A stretch of 64,000 nucleotides of DNA from Balanoglossus misakiensis (lineage: Eukaryota; Animalia; Hemichordata). Under the pieces are notes generated by a model that saw only the letters and a list, made by a program, of their open reading frames with translations, was not told where the DNA came from and ran no database searches. Shown one piece after another: positions 50,801-64,000 of the stretch. The stretch's first letter is position 1. Each line of letters begins with the position of its first letter. The stretch covers positions 3,542,275 through 3,606,274 of the forward strand of contig CM082587.2 of NCBI GenBank assembly GCA_040954595.2, in the 5' to 3' direction. Both the position numbers and the translations under genes were made by a program.

Positions 50801-53800
50801 AATGTACGACAAGAGGGCGCCAACCAGGTTTCACCATCACCTCTGGTACTTCAAAGGATCAGATCAGATAATTGAGTTTATTTTGAAAATTGTATGAATT
50901 ACCCTGATGTACTGGAATCCATCAACGGTGTCTGTATCTGCGGCGGTGCACCACGCCGTCCAGGCGGCACTGTGTTTCCAGGTCATCAGCAGAAGCTTCT
51001 TCCCTATAGCAACCACCATCCGTAAATGGCTGCCCCCGGGTCTACTCAAGGCATAAAGATGGCAACCTATCAAAAAGAAGGGGGTTTAACTATAATGACT
51101 GAACATTGACTTGCAGTATTTAGGTATACGTTCTGTGGGAAAGGTCTCCCTGTCTCCCCCACCCGTCACTCACTCTATCTCTCTCCCCTCTCATTCTCTC
51201 TCTCTCGTGTAAGTGCCATTGACACAGGAAGAGAGGCATAAACTGTGCTTACCCTTGGTTCGTTCAAGTTTATGCTCTTTGCAGTCGGTCTTCGTGCGCA
51301 ACACGTACTCGTTGTGTTCACCTTCAAAGTCCGATAACCTGAACACATACACCTTACACTCCTTGCCTGCGAACGAGGATGGAAAACACTGAGTCAGTGA
51401 GTGGGTTATTACTCCGCCGACGCTCACAATCTTTCGTGAGTCTTCTGGCGAAGGTGTCGGGTTCTTCTAAGTATTAATGTACAAATGGATTCACCTTTGT
51501 CAGCCCTGAAGAGCAGCAGACCGTGGGCTTCAACAACGCTCAGTTGCTTGACTTGGAGAGATTTGTCGATTATCAACCTCGCACTCAAACCCTCTGCAAT
51601 AAAAGAGCAGTGTGTTACTTCAAAATAAGAAACACGGAGACCTTGTCCATAGTAACGCTCAACGGCATCCAATTTCCAATTTCACGTGAAGTCACCGTGA
51701 CACGGTTATAGTCTGACGGCACTATTTTCTACACACTTGGAGACTTCAAAGGCTTACGGATAATTGCGCTGGATAGACACTGACCTTCTAAGATATAGAC
51801 GCCGACTTCTGTAGCCACAATCAGCCTATCACCTATGCGGAAATATAGACAAACAAAATACGTCAGGATGAATAGACATCTGTCTGACTGCTTGTCTGTT
51901 TGTCTCTCTCTGCATGTGTCTATCTGTCTGTCTGTGTCTGTCGAGGTATGTCTGTCATCCTCGCTTTAGCTCGCCTCTCTCTCTTCTGTGTCGCAGGCCT
52001 CGCGAATGGCCCAACCGGAAGACACTTTAAAACCTATCAGTTACCTACCCCATGAATCCCCACAGATGATGTGATGTGGAAAGTCAGATATGATGCAGTG
52101 TGGTTCCCATGGCTACAAAAAGAGAAAAAAACTCGATTTGAGCAATGGAGCAGAAGGAGGCATGAAATACAAAAATGCCGACAAAGAGACCACGTTTAGG
52201 TAAAGGAAATGCGCATGGCCTCCCTTTTAATGGGTCGATCTATATTTTCTGTTGTTGCAAGTCTGAACAGAATTCGCATAAAGACGATGCGCACTTTGAG
52301 CATCGCCCACAATTAATATACTGTTTAATACAGGTATAAAATTTAGGTGAGAATCAACCAAGCGAAAAATTCAAAAATTACACGAGCACTCATGCGCAAT
52401 GCAGTACGCTCTCACGTGAACCACCACGCGCGCCTCTCTCCATCCGCGCGCGCACATGAAAATCCACACACATCAAGACGGATCGTGGTGATTGAGCGAG
52501 TCCTTTTACTTCCATACAGCTTGCCTAGTGTACTCAACTCAACTCACCTCTCGGCGAAATAGACTGGTTGTTGCCAGACTTGTTGGTGCGTCTCCTTTGA
52601 CGATAGTTTTCAATTTCAACATCTGGAAGAGAATATTTTATATGGATGAATGGCCATGAACGCCGACAGCGACAAGAGAAATAGACTTAGCTTCCTCACG
52701 CCAGTGGCGCACAGCCACTATACGCATTTTACAACATTTGCAAAGGATTTCACTGACAGTGAGGTATATTGACGTGACTTCAACGTCAGGCGTAGGCGTC
52801 TAGAGACAGACATCCTTACATTTTACCAAACTGCCCTCTACTGTTACTGATAAATGAAAATTGCAACAGTTGCCACCAACAACTCTGGTTCGATTTCAAT
52901 GCATTTAGTCACATTTTTTCATTGTTTTTGTAATCTGGATTGTTGTTTGCAGAATCTATATTATTTAATTATTGATTATGAAAGCTCACCTGTCCTATCC
53001 GAAGAAACTCAGCCTGGCGCTGTTCCTCCTTCCGACTTCTCCCCCCACGTTGTGATTCCGGTATGACGTCACTAAAGGAACGCTTGTTCAACATATTCTG
53101 CTGAGAAGGGATGCAAAACCAGGGTAGAAAATCAATACGCAGAGTTTAAAGATTCTCAACGTAATAATATATTTTTCCCACTTTGGCTGGTTATAAAATC
53201 ACAATATGATATTCGGAATAAATAATTTACCTTTACATATATCTACCTATACAAATCCGGTCCCACTCTTCTACATATGTCATATCAGGGATCAGATTAT
53301 TTTTTTATGGATGCGAGAATATAAATCGATATTTTACTTCTGAAAGCCAGTCTTAATGAAAGCGAATGAAAGACGATATAACAAACCGAATCCTCCGCGT
53401 CGCCCACTCCCAGCTAAACCTGAGCTCCTGATTGGCGCACGCACAGGGGATTTTGAATATTTACCTTGCTGACTTCCGGTAAGAGCTCTTGGTGTAAATT
53501 TTTGATCAGCATGTCGAGAGTTCGTTGCCGTTTGTTCGCAAAAGTCGGGGTGTTGAAGGCTGCCTTCTCCCCGTTTATTACTGAAAAATAAATGAGTGTT
53601 ATTCGTTAGGCCTCGCCGACACATCTCTTCGCCTCGAAAATCAAGAGAGATAAACCGTCTAAAATTTGAAAATCAAGATGGCCGCCAATGTCTCTGTTTG
53701 GTTTCTATGGAGAAATTACCACTCAGAATACGACACAATACGAAGAGGAATTCTGATATCAGTCTAGGAATCGTTTCTGTAGCGAACAAGATGTTACTTT

Positions 53801-56800
53801 ACAGCAAGGTCGGTAATGAGGTCGCCCAAAATTGAATGTAGCGCTGGAAACTCCATCACTACATGCACATCTCTGAGTGGTGAACAGAAGAAAACCGCCA
53901 CACATAGAACCCCAGGCAGACAAAGGCTAGCGTCCACTCACGTTTCACCAGAAGGAAATCTCTGAACTGAACGTGATCCTTGAAGACAGGCGGCGATGGT
54001 AATGGAGGCCCAAACAACGGCACCGACTCTTCAGAAAACACCGAAAGCCTGCGAGTGGAAAAGAAATGGTCTGGTTTAGCGATCGGTCTGCCTTTGCTAA
54101 GAGTCCGACCAGCGCGTGGCAATGTATTAATAAGCTTAATGGGCAACTATTCACGTGTTAGCCAAATTATAGACAGTTATCATTGAAGCCGAGCTATAAG
54201 CAGCAAGAAGAGTGCACAATGATTATTTAAAAAAAACTTACTTGTAGCTGTCGTCGTTTCTGTTGTACGTGACTAGAGCAAATATGTCTGAATATCAGAG
54301 TGAAGGAACGTTTCATAATGTCTGTGTGAATGCCGTGTAATGCCGTCTAAATTTTGGCTTCTTCTTAGGAATAGTGGACACGTTTCTGGGTAGTGTGGCA
54401 TTCATGTCCAGATAAGGTTTATAAATAGCACGGGACTTCGACTAGTACAGGGTCATTTTTCGCCAATCGAATGTATGCAGGGGGTGGTACAGGCTAAATT
54501 CGACGAGATGTTAAAGGATACGAGTGAAGTGGGACTTGATCATTGACGGTTTGAAGGTCGGTGGTGCGTCTGGATCCGCGTTATCTTGGAAAACTATGGT
54601 GACGATGTCATTACCTATGTGACGTTTACGCTCTACCTGTTGTTTGTTATCTTTGGAGTAAGGCAACATGGTAGACACATGAAACATGATTTCATGGCCT
54701 TCAAAAATTGTGTAAATGGATTCTGTACCCGTTGTATTACCTGTGCGACAGAAAAGAAAAATGTGTTTGGTGTGATTCAGTTTTTATACTAGTTTGCACG
54801 TGAGTATATTATTGATTACTCTGCGTGAATACTATGAAAGCAGCAACGTATCTTCAGCAGAATCAAATGCACAGTACAATCGAAACAAAAGGCCATAAAA
54901 ATTATGTCTCGGTTCGACCGCACACCTTGGAGGTATTTCAAAGTCAACCCACGACGGCGACCGTTTACTGAACCGGCTCGTGTACCACGCCACAGGCTTT
55001 TACAGATCGGAGATAGCGATCTCGTTACGATCGAACTCAGGTCTGATTGAAACAAACCTGATTAGGAACACTGGATATTGGAGAGAACCTTACGGATCGA
55101 GGGGGTCTTCCCCTTATTTCATTAGGATAAGAATCTGTAAAATGGCATGTCCAATACATAACATGAATGCTATAATTTATTTTTGCTATCAGGGAATTCC
55201 ACGTAAACGAGTAATACCCATAAAAAGATCGTGTACAGTATGCGCATCTGTTCGTGGACTATTAGTGGCACAGGAAAACAACTTACTTTTCACGTCTAGT
55301 CCGGCGGCGAATTTGTCCCATCCTTTCAACCAGATCTGATCTCCCAAAAGGCTGACGAACCTACTGAACGCCTTGCTGCCATGTTCTAGGGAAAATACAA
55401 AAACACATTGAAACATTAATCAAGTAAATCAATTTGCTTTGGGGCAGACGCAGCCGATAAAAACACGATTCTCAAGTAAGGAATATCCATCTTAAGTTTT
55501 CAGTTTCGTCGACCGACAATCCTCTCAATATGAGGCGAAAGTTGAGAGACTTTGCAGCTTTGCAATCCCACTAATGCTAAGATGTCATTTTGAATTCGCG
55601 TAAGTCGTGACAATATCACGACAATAGCTAATAAAATATGTATACTAATCTCACGACAAACGTATGGAAGGGTTATACATATAATACGAACAGGATGGGG
55701 AAAAACAATATCGTCTTTGTGAAGATTTGCGATGACTCCTCTGGTTCTCAACGGCTTACAATGAAAACATTGACACAGAGAAGCCCACGCCATCGAAAAC
55801 GTCAGCGACGGAATACGGTCATGCAAAACTCCCACCTAAAACATCATTTTCTGCAGTCAAATAGTCCGATTTGACGTCCGTCATGCTATAGAAGTATACA
55901 CTAGCATAGCACAGTGTATGGAGTTTCTCTAGAAAAGTTTGTGACGATAATGTTCGCCAATATATGTTCATACATGTTTAGGCTTTTTTGGTCATGTGGA
56001 AAAAGCACATGCAGCCATATTGTGGTTTTTGCTTCTTCAGGGGACGCCGAACGTCGTCTGCTGCAGTATCCACGATAATATTTCGAGCGATTTAGTTATG
56101 TTTTGTACGGATAGCGCAGGCATGAAACTACCTTGACCTTTCTGATCGCTATGTGATAGCCACTGTAATAAAATACACGATAAGAGAACAAAACAGCCGA
56201 CACAGCTCTTGCTTATAGAAATAGAGGAAGAACATATTGGAAAGTGGTAATGATAAAAGTGTAATATAACGACGTGGTAAACACAGCTTGCTTAATATCG
56301 TATCTCAGAGGTTGCCAAAATACAACTCGTTTGAGTGCTATTATTCTGCATATAATGCGAGACGATACCACATGCGCGGACAGGGCATGGCAAACCACCA
56401 CGATCTTGAAGTTGAGATAATTGCATTGTGCGCGGGTTAATAGGCAAATACTCTTGTTTCGAGGCGCCCTGTATAGCCTGGCGATAAACGAGAGTGAAAG
56501 TAATAAGGCAGTTGTCACGTGCCGGAAGTAAGAAATGCGAGAAACCGTGCGCCACCTGGAGTGCCGCAAGCTCCAATCTTAATGCAACTACTTTAAAGGA
56601 ATCCGGAACAAGACAGCTCCAAGTTTTTGACAGTTTATATTTGACAGTACTCTTTGTTCTGTACATTAACTGCAGTTTTTACTGACTTCCTGCGTTGTAT
56701 GCTGGGCTGCCCTGTATCGCGTTTGCCTTCGTAGCTTTTCATTGTTATTGCTGACAAGTGAATTCATGCCTGGCATGAAACTGCAATTTTCAACTGTAAC

Positions 56801-58493
56801 AGAACTGACTGCACAATACACAAGTTAAATGCACAGGTTTTCAGTGTACTTAGGGAACTGGGCAAATATATAAAACACGCGCATGTTCTAACAGTATATT
56901 CTACTGTCTATGCTTGAAGTTAGATAAATAAGATAAAAATATGTACCGTTGCTGAACATTTCGTCGTCTGACGTCTGGCCGTCTCTGGCGTAGAGGACAC
57001 CAAACTTGAAATTGACAGAACCTTCCTGTTCTTCCAGCAATAGTAGTTCCTTGAATGAAAATATTAAAGGTATTCTTATATTTTGTTACTGGTAGATGGC
57101 TTAGTGGAATTGCCAGAAACTCACGGATTGTAAATTTGAGGCGACTTTGCGTAATACCTCCATTTTACCATTATTTTCATATTTTCAGTGTGGCAAATGC
57201 TCACAATATTATAAGAAAGACGAAAGCTACCAACCACATACCTTTTGAATTTCGGGATTGAAAATTTCCTTTGGCCCCTTGTCCACTTTATTCATCTCAA
57301 AGCGACTGCAAAATGGAAACGGATGTTACTGAAATTCGCGTTTAGAACTGACATCCCTATTTCCGCGCAACACGGTGTTGACCCCTTCCTGACTGACTCG
57401 CAACCTTGTGCAACGCACGGTCAATGACAAATAAATTACCCCTGATAGTATACATTTCCAATTTACCGCGAGTGTTTCATCCCAGACGCCAAGAAGACAA
57501 TGAAGCCTGACAAACATGGCCTGCCATGAAAAGCAAGCCGTTGGCGAAAACACAAAGAAACCCTGAGAAGATTATTACGTCTTATTTCACCGGGTGATTT
57601 AATATCGCGAGTCGTGATTTCCATCTCTCATGCAAGGGACAACCTCAATCCAAGTATATCTGTGTTTATTCCATCCTTCCAATGAATTCATAAGTGGTGA
57701 TTTACATGTAGGTACTCCGTGATCAGCGCGACCAAACGAACAGCCTGACTGTATCACCCAATTACAACGGACCAAACCTGGCTTCTGGCTAATCTTAAAC
57801 TCCAAATGCACCCTGACATGCCTGATCCCACATATTACCACTTCCTTGTGCATGGACACACCCGCGCTCTTTACAGACTGCTGAGTGTTGATAATTTGTA
57901 GGGTCGCATGGGCATTTTCCTTACCTCAGGATAGATTTCACTGATAGCGGCTTCGTTGGGTTGTACGGGATGCATATCTTCTGCGTTCCCTGTGGAGAAA
58001 TCAAGGGCGTAATTTAGAATAGATGAACAATGTACCAATGAGGAAACTGATGAAGGGAATTATGAGAAACGTAGTTTTTTGACCCGAGAGTGTCTCACCG
58101 TTTTCCTCCATAATATTGCTCGGTACTGTGGCACATTATGGTTGTTGGCGTCTGTCAGGACAACAGACAAGAAAAAGGCATTCTTTTCAGAATCAGCACC
58201 AACGTAATTTTGATGAACTATAGAAATCGAGAAAGAGAGAGACAATAGTTTAGACGACCATCGCATTTACCTCCACGAACAATGTACATGTATACTTTCA
58301 AAAGATACATTAGTACATATTGATTCGAAGAGTCAGACGAGTAATACTTCATAGATAGGTGGTAAATAGGAGTATTTTTTGATTTTGTATGTAAATCCAA
58401 CTTACGTTTCCCAAGGAAATATTTGAAGTACCATCTTGTCTGATACTCTGGATTTTCCAGATGAATATCTGTACCCGTGCCAGCATTCGGTAT
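47812..58493 (-). CDS. GARNL3: GTPase-activating Rap/Ran-GAP domain-like protein 3 (RapGAP + CNH), 5'-partial
   Basis: Exons encode [20 protein letters not shown] (58406-58493), [52 protein letters not shown] (catalytic Asn motif intact), [13 protein letters not shown] and CNH segments ([26 protein letters not shown]). Last exon 47812-48614 ends DENVDLK. The expected N-terminal exons were not found in the window. Confidence 0.93.
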
Positions 58494-61400
58494 CTATGGA
58501 GATAGCCACAAACATATATAGGTCAGGACCAATCATTCGTTATTGAGTACGAACAGGCAAGACTAACAGGTTAAATTGTCGGAAAAGCTTCCTTTAATTT
58601 CAATCAGCTATCGCTGACGAACTGGTTTGTATCCCCTCGTGATCTGAATTCTATAACAGAGTTTCCAGTGGCACAGATGGTGAGGCCAATAGTTCTGTGA
58701 ACAGTGGCTGTAATTGTTAATAAAACGTACTCATCCCTATCTGTCTCTATATTACCTGTCACGATTCATCAACGTCGTCGCGTTCTTTCCAATACAATGT
58801 GGTTATCGACGCCGGCTACTGCGTCATTGGTATAGGCGCGTGTTTCTTTTCGGCCTCGAAACATTCGCAACAAAAGGTTCGCCGCTGCGCATAATTCAAG
58901 ATTAGATTGGAGCACAGCGACGCAATTTCGAGTCGACAAACACGACCACAATCGATAAAGTAAACACGGTGAAGAGTGCGGTTAACCTATACGTAGTGAA
59001 ATTACCCTAAGGCTATGCAATGTTTCTCTTGACCCTATCGATGTCATAGAAGAATAATATCCGCCAAGGGAAAAAAATTGTGGAAAATTGTCAACGTTAA
59101 ATTTCCTGTTCGATGTGTGAGGACTGTGAGATGAGGAAACCTTGATGGTTCTGTTTGGTTTAGATTCTCAGGCAAACCAACACCAATCAAGATTTAAGTT
59201 TGAAAAAACCCACAGGTTTAATGTCTGGGTATATGTCGATTATTTTGATACTTACTTCATCACGTGGTTCGCCATCTTCTACTCGAAATCTGCCGGCATT
59301 TTGTATAGCACCGCCAGCGTCACATGATATGAGCTGGAAGATAAAAACATGGACAGTTTGACCTTTTAAAATTTATGCTCTCCTGTATAAGCATGCATTT
59401 ATTGCCGAAACAAAACAGCTGATAACATTATGCAGGATTCTTAGATACAGTCAGAAAAAGTCCGTAGTCATCGAGCTTTGCAACATTACATTGTTAAAGC
59501 TTGATGGAAAATCCCCCCGACCCAGGTTTCAAGATGAAAATGTGGTTAAAGATAAAGCACGCTTGTGAAAATATTAGCCAAACACAAATTCACTGGAACC
59601 ATCAATCAATGCCTGGCTTTATCACCATCAGGCGATCACTTGAAAGGAAATTATGTCATTCTATTTTTTATCAACAAATGGAAAGCCAAACCAAAAGACA
59701 TTAGCGATGGCAATCTCAAAGGTTACACACACTGCGTGGTACATATGCAATGTTTGATAAATGATCGTCATTTTCATGAAGCTTAGAAAAAACCTCTTGT
59801 GGTTTCTGAGATATGGGAATGGCGACATGTCGAGTGGATACAACAATTTATCATTTATGTCAATTACATTTGCAACACACGAGAGATCGTGGAAGATCGA
59901 GCAAATATGATGTGTGTGTATGTATGGATTTCATCTGAAGGTTGAAGTATTTTCTGAGGAAGGTTTTTGATTTCGATGCCGGCTGCCATGTCAATCATAT
60001 CACACAAGTATGAATAATACAATCGCAGTCAAACTAGGTCGCGTTCAAAAATATCAATTGGTTTCTCAAGAGGACGAATCTCTCATCTGGGACAGTCGTG
60101 CTTATGAACTCGAGTAGGCAAATTATTAACAGAATAATTGATGCGAAGTGCTTGCAGGCCTTTGTGTGCACACGTTGGAGATGAAAATTGTGTACATTTT
60201 TGAGATAAATCAAAACCGTGTTATATTAATGGCCGGTTTTGATTATTCTAGTGTCCGCAAAAAGTGCTAATGTGAGTGTACTGGATTGAAATCACTTCAA
60301 GTAATGAATGTATATAGTAAAGGGCAGAAACCCTCCTGGAACGAGGTTCATGCACTTGCGCAGACTGCTGTCCTCCTTATCCCCTCCCGGGACTACATTC
60401 ACAGGAAACCTGACTCCGTCGGTTTTTATCAGTCTCAAACTAAGACAGATTAATCTTCCGTTTTTCCAGAAGGTCGATGAGATATCCACCTTTGCTTGAC
60501 GCTTCTCTCACTCCTGATTAGGTGTTGTTCGCGAATGTTCCCAACTTCCGGTGGCAAGTTTAGTGTGAAGAGTCTGCAGAGTGGAGAGCAGATGGTGCAA
60601 GTGTGTCCATATGTCAGCCTGTCCTCTTCACCGACCTTGCGCCAGGGTCTCGACAGGGCAACGCCCAATGCTCTGTTTACAACCAAAATGCAGTTCGCAT
60701 GTTGCTAATTGTTGGAAAATATGTAAAGAGTCGACGTTTCCAATGAAAAAGGGGTACCAAGACACGAGACTGTAGTCCCATGTAGTATCTATCACAGAGC
60801 TTTATAGAAAACGCGTTGTAATCGAACGATGCCCCGGAAAAAAAACTTTTGCGACTTGAGTTTCCCCATTAAATCATGAAAATCGTGCACACCGGATAAA
60901 CATTTATGGCCATTTGTTGAAATATTAAAAGCATTGACGGAAAATGATGGATCCCGCCGTGTGCACGTGGGCAGCATGAGCTGGTCGTCTGAACTACATG
61001 GTAATTATTCTTTAATTGAATATCATAGTTTGCTTCAAAACGGCGGGATACACACAAAAATCCTTTCAAACCAGTGGGATTTTATCATTAATATTCCATT
61101 AAGGAGAGGTATAATTTCCTGGAACACTATCGTATTCATTCGAGAGAAACTTTACAGTACTGGTAAAAAATTCCCAACCACAGACGTAACCGGAGATATC
61201 ATCGACCACAGTGGTCTAAATGGTTATTGTAATAATGCGAAAATATCATCGCACAACTTTCATGTCTCTCAGAGACCGCGTGGTAATGAAACTACGACAC
61301 CGTAGATTCTCTTGTCTAAGTGAACGACCAAATCTATTACCACGAGGCGTGGAGCTCAGGTGTGGCGGTGCAAATTTTATGGTTCAGTTGTCTCCATTTA

Positions 61401-64000
61401 TGCTTTATGTATTTCAGATCCGTAATCGGTACAATCCTGAAATGCCTGTTATATTATAGCATTTTGGCCTTTATGGTTATTCTTATCCTTTCTTTCTCTT
61501 AATGTTTGAAAGCCGTTTCTTTGAAGTCTTTTAAGAATTACATCGACTCATTCTTTTCGAATCCGCGGTTTAAAAAGCTTACTATGGATTGTATAAAAAT
61601 ATGGTATTCCTAAAGCGAACTGGAACAGCACTGGCGAATCAATCAATTGCAGGCTACATGGCACGCGTTGCTGCCGGAACGCTGTCGCTATAATCACCAG
61701 CGATATTTACGCAAAGTTTCTGGATCTGGTTTCTGTTATAAACGTTGGTATACCAGGTGATTGTTCCTGTGGCGAAGGAGGTATAGGAAACGCCCACGAC
61801 TTGTGCACTGCCGGCTAAATCAATGGAGTGGAAATATCGTTCTGGTACGTCAACGATCACGCCAGTGTATTGTAATACGCATGAATGAGTCCACACTTAG
61901 GTTTCAATTTGCGGATATCGATTAAACCGGCAACGACCTGTTTGCATGAAGAGATTGTTTACGAGCATCGCCGATTCTATATCTGGCTTCGATTCCTGTC
62001 TACATGAAAGACCACTTACACACCCTGTCTTCCAAGAACCGCATTCACTGCACTAAATGATTATAAACGACTGCATGGATAAGTCTCGTGATTTTGGCCT
62101 TTGAAGTACCCTGTTGTTTTGTTTTTCGAGCAGTCGGTGCGCGTGCGCTCGGTTCAGGGTTCTAAGAAATCAAGTTATGATCGCAGACTTGAAGTTTTAT
62201 CCGTACAGCTTGTTTGCGCATATATTTGCAAAGCTACTGTAACATGTCTTAGCACCCGATTGGCGTCACCTAGGCATTTTGTGTCACGCTAATAAGACCC
62301 AACCTTGCATGGAGTTGCTAATACTAGTATCTTGACAAATGCACCGTGTAGCATGTGTTGAAGTGGAAGAAAAGCGTTTATGGAAACGATCTCTCGAACC
62401 GAGCATTGCCACACATCATCTTCACACGGTGTATAATTAGCGTAATGCAAGTCACCGTGCACAACAGGAAATCTTCTGTTCGCGTAGGCGTCAATTGCGC
62501 AACCCAATTATAAAGATATAGCAGAAAGGCCAATTTTAACAAAACGTCGAGCAAGCAATGTCTGTTACACGTATTTGGGTGGGGGGATTCTAGATCCTGT
62601 ATATGCCTGTATCACGTTTTGAAATATAAAATTCATCGGCGTTGCTCGCTTAATATACCGAATATTTTTCAACACAAGATATTTCTTCTGTAAGGAGCTT
62701 TTGAAATGCGGTCGCATGGAGACTGTGGTTTTCACACGTCAACCAATGAGCGGATATCATTTGGGAAGTCAAGATTTTTTATGAGTGCTCGCACTGCATT
62801 ATCCATTAAATGTGTTACCTTGGGAAACGTCTGGCATGCTTTCTAGCTATATGAAAAAAATGGGGTTCACGCAAGAGATGGCAGTGGAATTTGCTATTAT
62901 ACGTGCTGCCTCGGGGGACACCTGACATGTTTTGCAGAATGTATGAAATAAAAAGCGGGGCCCTTGGAAGAAATAGCTGTGTCGTGACGTCATGCCGGCC
63001 ACATACTTCAGAAAATAACCGCAATTTTTGGCAGATTTATCCAAAAGAGTTTTGAGCGCCGCTCATGCACCGATTCAAAATTGCAGGAGTGACCTTGCTT
63101 TTTGTTACCGTGGGGACTGTTTTTTTCACATACATGTACATACAGCTGTGACTATATTCATTGACGCAGTGACTTCCACATTGATTTTTCCCCTTTGACG
63201 GCAAGTGCCATCCATTAACGGTCATCATAAATTTTACCTGGGATCAACAGCAGAAATTTTATTTGCCTCGTTCCTCTAAGAGAAATGCCGACAAGTATAA
63301 GTGAAATCTAAATGGTGAATATAAGTCGTAAACAACCGGATTATTTCTATGGTGATCGACATTTGCTTTATAAGGTTTCCAGGTGCGCTTACGGCTACGA
63401 ATATGTATTTCATCTCATACACGAATGCAACCGAATGTGTAACTCGACGCTCACTAATTCTGGTTTTATTTCGTGATGTTTCGATCAAATAGACATTGGG
63501 TATTAAACTCGGGATACTGCTAACGGCAAACAATATCAATAAAAAGGTGACCTACATCGCTCAACGACTTAGCGGAACGACAGGATCGCGTTACGCGGAA
63601 CGACACCGCATTTATACGTCGATTTCAAAAACGACTCATTTTTCAAATTGCGTCCTGTAATGTACTGAGAATAAGCTCTCTTCTCTCATTCAATTAGGTT
63701 ACCGTGTTGTGTAGATGGGGAAGGCGAAAATAGCTGTTCAAAAAGCGATCTTAATGGGAACAAGAAATCCGGGCGTGCGTTGTACTGTAATTGATAACGC
63801 GGAGGGGCTTCGTCATATGTGAAGGTGTTGTTAAAAGGCATTTATTATTAAGGAGGTCTGCATCCACGGGGTCGACTGCGATCAAATAAAATACGATTAT
63901 TTGTGTTTCGAGGTTTCGTTAAGCATGAGTGTTTCTAACGCTCATTTTTCATCGCAGGTGCCAACGTTCCATGTGGTATATCCACTATATCGGACGCCGT

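Noticed and set aside
61654-61896. 80-aa - strand ORF with protein-like composition
   Set aside because: GTG start, no convincing splice sites and no similarity to the GARNL3 N-terminus or any family I recognise.

Overview
Compact, intron-rich animal genomic DNA with GT-AG introns mostly 100-300 bp; a marine invertebrate deuterostome is my inference, not shown by the sequence. Gene order: secreted three-finger (Ly6/uPAR, LU) gene copy 1 (+), MGST1/PTGES-like MAPEG gene (+), its paralogue LDLa-LDLa-LU copy 2 (+), intronless RNF26 (-), ALDH9A1 (-), a CREC-family (calumenin/reticulocalbin) EF-hand gene with an intronic tRNA-Ser(UGA) (+), FKBP15 (-), SEC22B (-) head-to-head with SEC16 (+), and 5'-partial GARNL3 (-). 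The most unusual feature is the duplicated pair of secreted, non-GPI three-finger proteins, largely invisible in the ORF track. One copy carries two LDL-receptor class A modules. The other lost them through an in-frame exon-fusing deletion and has a shifted splice acceptor. Their signal-peptide exons are almost identical while the LU domains differ at about a third of residues. Other leads: candidate microexon and cassette exons in FKBP15 and SEC16, CREB3/XBP1-type sites around the SEC22B-SEC16 promoter, a five-fold RxEL[FL] motif in the GARNL3 tail, and a His-to-Val change in the MAPEG active-site helix. All gene models were spliced by eye and no database searches were run.
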